DNA of 64,000 nucleotides from Eledone cirrhosa (Eukaryota): NCBI GenBank assembly GCA_964016885.1, contig OZ024740.1, positions 173,786,001 to 173,850,000 of the forward strand, read 5' to 3'. Shown piece by piece: positions 1 to 12,200 of this stretch (position 1 is its first letter; each line of letters starts with the position of its first letter). The notes under the pieces were generated by a model. It saw only the letters and a program-made list of their open reading frames with translations, ran no database searches and was not told where the DNA came from. The position numbers and the translations under genes were made by a program.

Positions 1-5
1 CTTAC

Positions 6-17
6 GGAGCAAATTAC
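6..17 (-). CDS. 12-nt micro-exon candidate (exon 3 or 4); gene continues beyond the window
   Basis: tttcctctttctatatttcag|GTAATTTGCTCC|gtaag. Strong polypyrimidine acceptor, and a donor at the window edge. Confidence 0.55.
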
Positions 18-876
18 CTGAAATATAGAAAGAGGAAATTTCATTAATAATTATCTTTTCTGACACTGGTGCTTATTTCAAGAAATCTTTTTCAAAGTGA
101 ATTATTGAAATGTTTGATTTCTGAAATTTGTTTTTAAGACTTTTTTGCTCGACTGAAATTGAAACCCCTCAAATGCTTACGTATACTTTGACTAAAAAAT
201 CGTTATATGAAGAGTCAGAAACGATCATAAAGTCGGGATATACTTAAATATTTGGCACTGGTTATTTGATACATTTGACATATCAGTAGTGATTTCTCTT
301 TGTTGTTAACTGTATCTCGAATAACTTCATGTGGCTTTTGATAACTATTCTGGGATGAAAGGGAATCTGTCATCTCACATGTTCTGTTTTATCGTTTGTA
401 GTTTTACACATCGCTCGTCATTATTATCCGTGAGATCGAGAGATATCTATTATAACGTTGCAGGCGAATCTCTCTAGCTTCTTACCTGGTGATACAAGGG
501 ATACTCGATATATGAGGAATAAACGTCGTGGAATATGTGGTGAGGAACATCTTTCTACGCATGTATTGATCGCTCGGTAACAGTATCGAAGTTCTCCCCT
601 TAATGGAGACAATAATTTGTGATTATAAAATGTAGCCAATGAATGTACAATAGCTTTATTAATATGGACCGGCCTACAAGAACGAAGCGTCTTGTTTTTC
701 ACACTAGTGATGGTTTTAATTTTAGCAGATGGGAGAAGCAGGATAGATGTCTAAAACCCACTCTCTTGTTTATTTAGATAGACATACTAAACTAATTAAC
801 CAAACTCGTTTCTAATTAATTTTACACCATGTGGTTATGCGATAATTAAAATAGATAGAAGGAAAATATTCATTAC

Positions 877-904
877 CTTCTGCAATTTGTCCGGATACCC
901 ATAA
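877..904 (-). CDS. 28-nt micro-exon 2 of the same gene (LWVSGQIAE + G)
   Basis: tttctacttttttag|TTATGGGTATCCGGACAAATTGCAGAAG|gtaatg. Continues exon 1 in frame and completes a signal-peptide-like sequence. Confidence 0.7.
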
Positions 905-1069
905 CTAAAAAAGTAGAAATACATTTTTAATGATATATAAAAATATGACATTTAAATACAGCATTAAATATGAACGTCAAACATGTAGGAAATAAGAATA
1001 GCGATGTGCAAATTAGGATTTTTAGCATTTACCATTTAAATGATTTCCAGTATTAAATGTGTTAATAAT

Positions 1070-1246
1070 ATTTCTACTTTTGGTAAAATGCCAGCAATAC
1101 TCCAGCGCATTACTGGTACTTTATTTTATCGACCCCGTTAGGATGAAAGGCAAAGCTAACCTCGATGGGATTTGAGCTCAGAACGCAAAGGGCCATAACT
1201 CTATGCTGCAAAGCATGGTGTCTGATGCTCTACCGATACTGCCAAA
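1070..1246 (-). mobile_element. tRNA-derived SINE (Meta/MESC-type core), degenerate, in intron 1
   Basis: Homologous to the copies at 13217-13404 and 23224-23414; carries the cctttcatcct..ggggtcgataaaat..gtaccag core. Confidence 0.85.
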
Positions 1247-1314
1247 CTAATAAAATAGAAAAGTTGATGACCTCGATATGTGTGTAGAAAACTAATGAAT
1301 TATTTTCAACTTAC

Positions 1315-1353
1315 GGCAAAGACGATCGCAAAAAGACAAGGAATTTTCATCAT
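1315..1353 (-). CDS. Coding part of exon 1 of a putative secreted-peptide host gene (MMKIPCLFAIVFA)
   Basis: Minus strand reads gaaccATGATGAAAATTCCTTGTCTTTTTGCGATCGTCTTTGCC|gtaagt: A at -3, 13 codons, perfect GTAAGT donor in phase 0, 44 nt downstream of a TATA/Inr promoter. Confidence 0.75.
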
Positions 1354-1393
1354 GGTTCTTCGATGGCAGTGTTGAGTCTTCTGCTGAAGGCCA

Positions 1394-1428
1394 CACTGAT
1401 GAATCGTGTTGAAGGGTCTCCTTTTATA
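1394..1428 (-). promoter_or_regulatory. Pol II core promoter: TATA box plus initiator
   Basis: TATAAAAG begins at 1428 on the minus strand and TCAGT has its A at 1397, a 31-nt spacing typical of TATA/Inr promoters. Confidence 0.65.
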
Positions 1429-2166
1429 ACCCATGAAACAATGGTTTGTTGGCACTGTAGTCAGGAGAGGACACGTATTTCTGTTTTAGACAATACATCA
1501 TAATTATGACATATCGCAATATCTAAAGAGCTAAAATAACATTGTAGAATCTCTTTCAATAAAGATAGATTACTATCTTATAGGACCTTGTTTTAATACC
1601 CTAAGTGTAAATTTAGATTGTACAATTGTTGCATAACTGTAACATTAGACATCCCAGCTGTTTTATGGATTTCATTCGCAAATTTTCCGTTTCAGAATTA
1701 TTTTTATTCATTTATAATTTTGATAAAATGCTGAGATTATATTGTAGCTTTAGTATTATTTTGGTTAAGAGTACTACAATGCAAGGAAAAGAAAATAAGT
1801 TTCAGCAAAACTAATCCGCAACATAGTTTCGATTCTACTTTGAAACCAATTAGCTTTTACTTAAGCCACAAGCAAAAACAGTGCATATAATCTGTGAGTC
1901 TACTATTTCTAGTGGAGCATTTTACCTAAACATCTTATATATTTTTATTTAACCAGATGGATCTTTTGAGAGTTATATATTTTTGCTAGAGCCACTGAAC
2001 TGTGCATTGCCAGTGTTAAAATGCGGATCATACTCCTGCCAACTAGAATTTCCAACTTCTCCGCATTACTGAACATTTTCCAAGTGGTTGTGACAATTTT
2101 TTGTGACCACCGGTGTACTTTATTGTACTCTTTTCATTAATCTGAAAAGTAGGGAGAAGTATATGC

Positions 2167-2205
2167 TCCACTGAAGAGGCCTAATAAGACTAAAACATGT
2201 CTGGA
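2167..2205 (+). ncRNA. Degenerate minimal type I hammerhead relic
   Basis: UCCA-CUGAAGA-GGCC UAAUAA GACU-AAAA-CAUG-UC-UGGA. Stem I and the palindromic loop III are intact; G12 and stem II are mutated. Confidence 0.5.
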
Positions 2206-2324
2206 TTTGTCACCTTTACTAGTCAAAATCAGATTAAAACACTAATAATTAAGCGAATGTTTTTCTCATTGTATATGTATTATAAATTAATTATATTTCC
2301 CGCTCATTACATTAATTTTGCAAA

Positions 2325-2568
2325 GGCGCATGGCTTTGAGGTTAAAGTTTTCGGTTCACGATTTCCGGCTGTGTCCTTGCGCATGACACTATATCTCGCT
2401 CAGCTGGAAAACATGAGTTCTACCTGTAATTCAAAGGGCCAACCATGTCACATAAATATCTCTGAAAATTGCATTATAGGTACATGCCTGTGGAATGCTC
2501 AGACACTTGAACGGGAATTTCACGATCAAACAAATGGAAGAGTTTTCATCGGAACCGACGGAGGTCCA
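2325..2568 (+). mobile_element. Degenerate SINE of a second family
   Basis: tRNA-like head (ggcgcatggc..ggttcacgattt) and a gtgtccttgcgcatgacact core. Its tail aaccgacggaggtcca recurs inverted at about 3639-3655. Confidence 0.55.
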
Positions 2569-2834
2569 ACACGCATGATACTTACATTAATTACAACGAC
2601 TATTATATTTTGTGGTGTCTCTAGGTAGTTCTTTGTAATTGTTTTGAAAAATGATTTTACACCTACTCATGCACATCTATTTAACGATTCCCTTATCATT
2701 AACTCATTAAGTAGGGAGGTTATACTTCACTAATAAGACAGAAACAAAACAGAAGACTCCGTAGAAGAGTTCATTGAGTCAATTTGCAACGAAAACTTAA
2801 AGTAACTAACGTTTCGGACATTTGCCATTCTTAC

Positions 2835-3170
<336 letters not shown>

Positions 3171-3999
3171 ATTAACTTGTTCACAAAATTCTAATTAAAA
3201 AAACCGACAATAATAAAGAAGTGCTGTGTTGTGTGCTGAGTGGTGAGAGGGGCAAACCCCTAAGTGAATAGTGAGTAAATTGAGCAATAGGAGAAGACAC
3301 AGAATGAGAAAGGGGAATTGAAACAAGATTAATAACAGTTGAAAATGAAGGGAGATAATGAGGGTATGGGCAAGTATAGTTGGAGATACTATTAACACTG
3401 CAGAGCAATTGAAGACATGGATAAATGGATACACCCAGTGACATAGACGATCACACGTAAAAATGGTTAGACTGAAGATAAAAGTAAAGAGAATGATTGA
3501 GATCAATAAGGAGTGATCTATAATGTAAATCACTTAGAGGCACTAATATGGGATCAGAGCTAAAGAAAAATGACTAATGACGAGAGTGGATATCTGTGAG
3601 GATGGACAGAAATGTGGGAGCGGACGGGGATAATAGAATGGACCTCCGTCGGTTTCGACTATGAGTGTTCCGGTGGTTCAACAGAATTTGACTCACAAGG
3701 CTTGGGTCGACCCGAAGCTATGATAAATGACATCTACTCAAGATGCCATGCATCTTATGATGGCAAAAAGAGCTTCTTAAGCATTTGATTATACTGTATT
3801 CACAATGGGTTTAATAAATAAAGCATTAATGAAGCATAATTGAAGAGTCATTAGAGTCATTAGAGTCATTAGAGCATAGGTCAACGTGATTTGTCACATT
3901 TATTCAAGTTCTTTGCAATCTGAATTAAAATCCCACGAGGTCAACTTTCTGTTCATCTTTTCGGGCTGAATGATATAAACTACCGGTCAAGGGCGGTAT

Positions 4000-4200
4000 T
4001 GAGAAATCACAACTCCGATACCACGGAGATTTGGTTAGAATGTCTCAGGAAAGAATCACTCGACAAATTTTACGGGCAAAACCAACCGACAGGAGACCCA
4101 GATGTAGATCCCGAGCAAGATGGTTGGATAACATCTATGAGCTCCACTCGTCTTGCTTGGGGATCCAGCCGAATCAATTAGAGATGGTCCCCCACGACTC
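4000..4200 (+). mobile_element. RTE-type LINE 3-prime fragment followed by (AAT)n (4208-4298)
   Basis: Translation VRMSQERITRQILRAKPTDRRPRCRSRARWLDNI resembles the RTE C-terminal GKRPRGRP..RW motif. Confidence 0.65.
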
Positions 4201-4206
4201 TCTTAG

Positions 4207-4299
<93 letters not shown>

Positions 4300-5272
4300 G
4301 CTTCCCGTATTTCACAGGCTGTTATTAGAGTGTTATGGAATCGCCCCCGTAAGTTTTTGATTTTTAACATATTTAAAACAATTGTGATATAACAATTCGT
4401 AGTACAAATGCGACATAAAGCGCCAAGCTTCTCTCTCAGAAAATTCGGATCCATAATATCCTGTTATATCGCCCAAATATTCAATTTTGTATTATAAATT
4501 TTATATTAAAAAAAGAAAATGGTTATAAATGGAAGAAAACCCTCTCCGTCTACACTATATAGAACAGCCAAATAACAGCAATTTCACCAACACCACAAAC
4601 TAGAAACACCACCTATCCCATTACCTCTCTGCGTATACTAAATACAACAGCCAGATAACAGCAATTTCACCACCACCACCACCAATCCCAGCATAATCAT
4701 AATTACTATTATTGTATCTCAAGTTTTCTCAAAATGTTTAATTCAAATATTAAGAAAATATGTCAACACATATATTAAACATACGCGACAAACCGCATAG
4801 ATACACAGATCAAACAAACGCATACTTTTACAGTCTATTCAACAAAACTCAGTAACGACAACGCCATCACTATAGTCACCGCCGCCACCACTCCATCATT
4901 GCTACCACTATCCCATCACCGCCGCCACCACTCCTTCATTGCTACCACCACTATTCCCCCACTGCCTTCTGTTAACTTAAGAAAGGGGAAAGTGGCGGTA
5001 TCACTAGACAAGGGAGAGGCTAGCAAAAGATATAAATAGACTGACTTAGTGACCCGGTCAAACGTCAACGACTATGACACTGCTGGCTCCCCCCTTCCCC
5101 ACCAACAATAGAAAAAGCCCCAGCACCACCACCGACATAGCCAACAACAATAACAGGCAACTTCAACAAAAAGTATATTATATTATTAATAATAATTTAA
5201 TTCTTAAGCCACACAATGCTCACATTAAGGAACCACTCATGATAATAACAATTTAAAAAACAAAAAAAGAAA

Positions 5273-8200
5273 AGCCCGTGACCAAGAAATACCGGGATGG
5301 CGGCCGGCGGGGAATAGCCGTGTCTCTAGGGGAGGACGATCTCTCTAGTCTTGGTTGACACTCGTCCTACAAGTGGTAACACGAAATGATTACCCATTGG
5401 CGGTTAAGGATAAAACGCGACAAAATAAAGTAAATGTCAAATGATAAAATCTCATACCAGATTGGCCGTCACCCGGGTCAAAAAGTACCGCGTCCCTCAG
5501 AGAGGAACCAGACTGGGGTCGAAAACTCAGCTAATGGTTCAAACCTTCCCATCACTTCGGAGCTGGAGACCTCCCATAACCGGAACCTACTGTTGGCCCT
5601 CCATGCTCACCACCAAGAAATCCAAAGAAAAAGAGAGAAAAATGGTCAAGGGAAGACAATAAAGAAGTCCTTGAGGCTTTCTACACTGCCATGTACTACC
5701 CATCAAATAGATCGAATACAGAACAGACATATATCAACTGGAAAAAGAAACATCCCGAAAACAGAGGCTATATTGACAGTAACAAACTAGCCAATATACG
5801 AAGAAATATTGTTAACAAAAAGTTACTAACTGATATATAAATTGATCAGATCAAGCTATTAGCACAAAGTCAGCGAAGTGAAAATGAAACATGTGTCAGT
5901 GAAAACGACGTAAATTGTAACACTTTGAATCCCAGGGTTGGGGCGGAATCACTGACAACAGAACAAATTAAAGAAAGGATCGAAAAAGTGGAGGGAGTGC
6001 ATGCTCAAGATCAAACTCAAAATGAAAACAATGAGATCGTAAATGATAAAGAAATGAATGAGAATGAACTTGCCAACTTGAAAGATGAAATTATGATCGA
6101 ATGGATGAAAATGAAAGAATCTGACATGGGGAAACGAGACACTCTCCCTAAGATCCAGAACTCCAATAGAACCAAAAGATAATACACAAGACTAACATAA
6201 TTCTCAAAAAGATTATCATCACAAACAAACAAAACATTACTGATTTAAATCATCTCTATTATGCATCGACTAAAGTCACCACTCACTTATGTGGAGTGAA
6301 AATGAAAAAAACAAAGGAATTCCCACAAGAAATCTACTTGGCAAGAGAACATCAATCGCCAAATAAACCTTCTCCGATCTGACATAGAAATTTTAACAAA
6401 CTACAAAGTAGGTGAACATGTTAAACAAACTAAACTTAGAAAATTGAAAAGAAAATATAGTATAAAATCAAAAAGTGACATAGACATGCTAATAGAAATA
6501 ATCAAGCAAAAAGTGTCGGCCAAAGCTGCTCGTATAAGGCGCTTTGAACAACGATCTAGATTCTATAAGGACAATAATATGTTCAAAAACAACCAAAGAA
6601 ACTTCTACAGAAAAATTGGCAAGTCAACAATAACTACTAAATCAATACCACCCAAGTGCAAGAATTCTGGGAAAAGATCTGGGCCGAAGAAAAAGTTCAT
6701 AATATACATGCCCCATGGATAGACAGACAAATGAAAGATACAGCTCACCTTGAGGAACAAATATGGGAAAATATAACAGTTGAACAGTTGCGTTTGGCTC
6801 TTAGAAAAACCAGCAAATGGAAATCCCCAGGAAAAGACAAAATACCAAATTTTTGGATAAATGCCTTCACAGAGTCTCATGAGCTGTTAGCCCAACTTTG
6901 CAATGAAATAGTTAAGGAGCCAGAAAAGATACCATCATGGCTAGTTAACGGCATTACATTCCTGCTTCCGAAGAATGATGAGACAAACAATCCCAAAAAT
7001 TACAGACCGATAACTTGCTTGACCACAATGTATAACATTTTAACATCAGTCCTAACTGAATATACATATGACCACCTGATAACAAATGATCTATTTCCCA
7101 ATGAGCAGAAAGGGTGTAAACGAGGCTCATATGGCTGTAAGGATCAGCTTTTGGTTCACAAAATGATACTGGAAGATTGTCATAATAGACACAAAAATCT
7201 ATCGATTGCTTGGATAGATTATAAAAAAGCATTCGATAGTTTGCCACACAGTTGGATTGAAAAATGTTTAGAGATTTTCAAAATATCTCCCGGTTCCTGT
7301 CATTCTGTATGAAGACATGGAAAACGACACTCCTTTTGAGTAGTGAAAAAAAATGACTGGAACCTGGAGAAGTTAATATTAATTGTGGAATTTTTCAGGG
7401 TGACTCTTTATCACAGCTTTTATTCTGCATCGCACTTATACCATTAAGTAAAATGCTCAATGAAACAAAACATGGATATAAAGTCTATGACAAAACCATT
7501 AATCATTTGTTCTACATGGATGACTTGAAACTATTTGCAAAAAATGATGAACAATTGCAAGGGCTATTATCCACTGTGGAGCAATTCAGTGATGACATTA
7601 AAATGGAGTTTGGACTAGATAAATGCGCCAAAGCAACGTTCACCAGAGGAAAGCTGCTGAAAAGTTCAGACATTAATCTTGATCGGGAGAATGTGATAAG
7701 AGAACTTGATCAAGAAGAAACTTACAAATATCTAGGTGTTTGTGAAGGAGACGGAATCAAGCACTCGACAATGAGTGAAAGGATAAGGAAGGAATGTTAC
7801 CACAGAGTAAGAGCAATCTTAAGAACGGAATTGATTGCAAGGAATAGGATCGATACTATAAACACGCTTGCCATACCAGTAGTAACCTACAGTTACAATG
7901 TCATCAACTGATCAAGTACAGAGATCCGTAGGCTCGATACAAAATTAGAAAATTCTTAACCATGCACAGAATGCATCACCCTAAGGCAGATACAGATAGA
8001 ATATATCTCCCTAGGAAAGAAGGAGGACGTGGGTTAATCCAGTTAGATATTGCGTTGAAAACTGCAACAATTGGATTATCTACATATCTAAGGGAATCAC
8101 ATGATTGGATGATCAAACTCGTTTTGAAACACGAAAGCATCAAAAGATCATACTCCATTACAAAAGATTCACAAAGATACAGTAATGGACTACAAATTTC

Positions 8201-9201
8201 AGAAGTCCCATTTACTGCTGAAATGGAAAACACAGAAAAAGCAAAGCAGGTAAAAGTAACTGCAAAGAAAGAACTGCTACAGAAACTGGCTAAGAAATGG
8301 CAAGAAAAGCCTCTGTATGGAAAATACCTAGCAAGAGCTCACAATCCTGATGTTGACAAAACTTTAACCCTACAGTGGTTGGCATCCTCTGGACTGAAAT
8401 CGGAGACTGAAGGACTGATTATATCAGCACAAGATCAGTGTCTGCCAACAAAAAATTACCAAGCCATCATAATAAAAAATGGATGCAACCCATTATGCCG
8501 TGTATGTAAAAAACAACCAGGGACCATTGATCATATAATTTCAATGTGCAGTCCTATAGCTCCAACCGAATACCTAAACAGGCATAACAGAGCTGCACAA
8601 TACATACATTGGATAATGTGTAAGCATTTTGACCTGCCCCATCAAAAGAATTGGTGGGAGCATCAACCACCTCCCATACTTGAAAAAGATCACATCTCAA
8701 TCTTGTGGAACTTTAACATCCAAACAGACCGAACAATAGATGCAAATAGACCTGATATAATACTGAAGGACTTTAAAAAGAGGGTATGCCTGCTAATTGA
8801 TATGTCCGTTCCAATAGACAAGAATGTATCTATAAAAACATTTGAAAAATTGAGCAAGTATAAGGAGATAGAAATTGGAAAAAATGTGGAAATTGAGAAC
8901 TAAAACAATACCAGTGGTTGTAGGCGCTCTAGGAATGATACCTAAGGGGGCTAATGATTACTTATCGCAAATCCCAGGAAACCCGCGTATAGGAGAAATA
9001 GAAAAGATAGTGCTAATGGGAACTGCCCATGTACTAAGGAAGATTCTGTCAATATAAGTACATCACAAGTCTAAACACCTAAAGATGCATGTGTGTGTAT
9101 GTATGTTCTTTCTTGAACATGGCGGACCTTGTTGTCTCTTGAAGTCACTGGTTGTGACTTGGTGATAACTCGTATGAACATAAAGCAAGATAAATGCAAC
9201 T
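5273..9201 (+). mobile_element. Full-length but decayed R4/Dong-like non-LTR retrotransposon (RT + restriction-like endonuclease)
   Basis: Broken ORF 5434-9057 with RT motifs (WKSPGKDKIPNFW, NYRPITCL, EQKGCKRGSYGCKDQLL, WIDYKKAFDS, GIFQGDSLS, LFYMDDLK), CCHC (CRVC..HIISMC), RHN, RPD and IDMSVP..K..KY. Ends at (TAA)n. Confidence 0.9.
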
Positions 9202-9239
9202 ATAATAATAATAATAATAATAAAAATAATAATAATAAT

Positions 9240-12200
9240 GATTTCTTTATTGGCCACAAGGGCTGACATCAAGAAAAACATTACAGACGGCACAGGACGG
9301 TACGATGTGGGTTTTGTTCGTGTAAAGATTTTTATTATTTATATAAGAAAAGAAAAAGAAAATGACATAGAAACATATATATACATAAACAAGAAAAATG
9401 AAAATTGAAACAATAAAAAATTCCCCAATAGGGGGGGGGGGGAAACCTCCGAGGGTTACTCGTGGCGAAAACCACACAAAAGACCACGGCCACCCTGACC
9501 ACCAGGGCGAGCGCCCTTTCTCAATTTTTCCATTTCTCAAACTACAGGCGTATATTCAGAGCGGTCCCGTTCACTCGGACCATTCTCGCTACATTCACCC
9601 ACCTTTCAACAAACTTGCTAGAAGGCAGCACTTGCCTCTCCGCCCTGATTTTCCTCTTCAAGTGAAACTTGAAAAAGTTAATTAGGGATTCGCCGAAGAG
9701 GAAAGTATCTGTCTTTAACCCTTTCAACCTTGTCCACCACACAATCTCTTTCGCCATGGCCACCAGGCAGATGAAAACCGCCTGCCCTTCCTCCTCGTAG
9801 GAAGACGGCGAGACCATCTGCACAATGGATTCAGTCGATAACCGGATCAGTCCTACACGCGACAGCAACTGTTCGACATAGCTCCACAAGTCAGCAATGC
9901 TCGGACACTGAACGAGTGAGTGGATGACGGTTTCGTCGCTCTGCGCGCATCTCGGACAGGTTCGGCTGACGGCACTTCCGTGCCTGTAGAGCTTATCTCG
10001 AACCGGCAGCGCTCCCCGGTAGCACTGCCAGGCCAGGGATTTTTGGAAGTTATCCATAGGCCCTGGGCTGAAAGTTCTCCGGAAGAGACAAACAGCTGAT
10101 CTTCGACGCCCAGGATCTCTCCGAGAACGTCGTCGCTCTTCCCCTCCACCATTCCTCTATAACGCCGAGGTGGATGTTCCACCGATACTGGAGCCCAGCT
10201 GGCAGAGGGCAGTGAGCGCCTGGAGACATTCCAGTTTCCAAGCGCTATCCCTCGGTCTTTTCCTGACCCAGGACTGCAGCTCCGTCAAGGTGACGCGCTG
10301 TGGGAAAACGTGCCTGGCGAACGGCGACTACACCGGTTCACCGTCAAGGAAGCACCAGAGATGTCGCAGCCTCAGCGCATGTTTGCGTATCATCAACCAT
10401 GGCATGCCCAGTCCTCCACGCAACGGGTGTTGAAAGCAGATGGATCGTTTGACCATGGGAGCGCGTCCCTTCCAAAAAAAGCGGAAGATGAAGCGCTCAA
10501 TTTTGATGAGAGTTGGGCCGGGGCAAGGGACGACGGTGAGGCGGTAGCAGATGACGGATGCGATGTACGCATTCGCCACCTCCGCCCGGCCTTTCAGGGA
10601 CAGCTTCCTCTCGGCCCATTTCTGGGTGAGGGAGGCCACCTTGCTCGTCACCTCGCTCCAGTTTTTCTCCATCTGGAGGCTCGGTCCGAAACAGACCCCG
10701 ATCAATTTAACCGATCCGTCCGTCCAACGCCCCACGACGCTGTCGGACGGCATGGACTTGCCTCTCCAGGTGCCTAGCTGCAAGGCCACCGACTTTTCCT
10801 GGTTTATCTTTGCTCCTGTCACCGCTTCATATTCCTTGAGAGCGGTGCCGAGCATCTGGACGTGTCTGGTGCTCGACACCACCACGGTGACATCGTCGGC
10901 GTAAGCTGACTCGGATTTCCCGCATCCTAGTTTGCGTGGGACGTCCCTCATCGCCCCTAGTTTGTGCAGTAACGGCTCGAGAGTCAATACATACAAGAGG
11001 GACGATAGGGGACAACCCTGGCGGACCGAGCGCATGATGCTGAACGGCTGCGACAGGTGACCGTTCACCCTCACAACTGAGCAGATGTCGCTGTACATCG
11101 CAGCGATCCAACCCCTGAAAACGGGCCCGAAACCAGCTGCCCCGAGGACCGCCGCCAGGTACCGATGGTCGACGCTATCAAATGCTTTGGATTGATCCAA
11201 GTTGATCAGGCCCCACCCGTGCCAGGTTCCTTAACCACCCTCTCTATGATGTATCGCATGAGGTGGAGGTTGTCGTGGATGGATCTGTCCGGAATGGCGC
11301 ATGTCTGCGCCTCTCCCACCAGATCACCGACGACAAACGCCAACCTCGTTGCTAACACCTTGGCCAAAATCTTGAACTCTGCGTTTAGCAGGGTTATGGG
11401 CCTGAAGATATCGATAACATCCCCCTTGTTCGGGTCTTTTCTCAGCAGCGCCACCGCTCCCCGGCTCACAAAACTGGGAACGCTCCCGATTTGCTGCCAG
11501 TTGCGGTAGACATCTGCCATGAGGTCGCCGAACAAGTCTGGCATATACGCATAAAGCTCGTAGGGCAGACCATCCAAACCTGGCGATTTACCTCTCGTGC
11601 AGTCAGACATCGCTTCCCGTATTTCACCTGCTGTTATCAGCTTTTCGCAGCACTGCGCTGTAGTCGTCGAGAGCCGCGGCAGTCCGTCGAGATATGCACC
11701 GAAGTCCATACTCCGATTTGGCTCGCCGCTGCTCCCGAACAATTGAGCAAAGTGCTTTTGAAAAGCCGCACACATCTGCTCGGGTTCGAGCAACATGCGC
11801 CCGTTTTGATCAGGCAAAGACCGAATTGTGCCACGCCGCGCCTCCACCACCCGGGCTCATTGAACGGCTCTCGTCCCCTCGTGTCTTAGAAAACGCGCTC
11901 TAGCTCTGACAACGCAGCCTTCATGCTTTGCGTTGAAGAATTGGTCGAGTGCCAATCTCGCCGCAAGCACGCCGGTTGCGATGCCTGTCCTAAACGCCTC
12001 TTCTAGCTTTCTAACTAACTCTCCCTCTACTCTATTTTCCTCTATCCTTTGCTAAACCTTATCGATTCTACTCTAATAGCCCTTTTCAGGTAAACCACCA
12101 CCTGTTGTTGACGATCGTAAGCTTTACGCGCCGGGAACGACGACGCGTTCAGCTTCCAGTAATCGGGCCCTTGTCTATGGTATCTTCACAGTAAACTTCA

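Noticed and set aside
2197-2628. 143-aa ORF (and the 92-aa ORF at 424-702)
   Set aside because: No recognisable motifs; overlaps a SINE or presumed intron.
4300-4332. Match to the Tx1 ORF2 segment at 11611-11640
   Set aside because: Only about 30 bp; at most a tiny LINE fragment beside (AAT)n.
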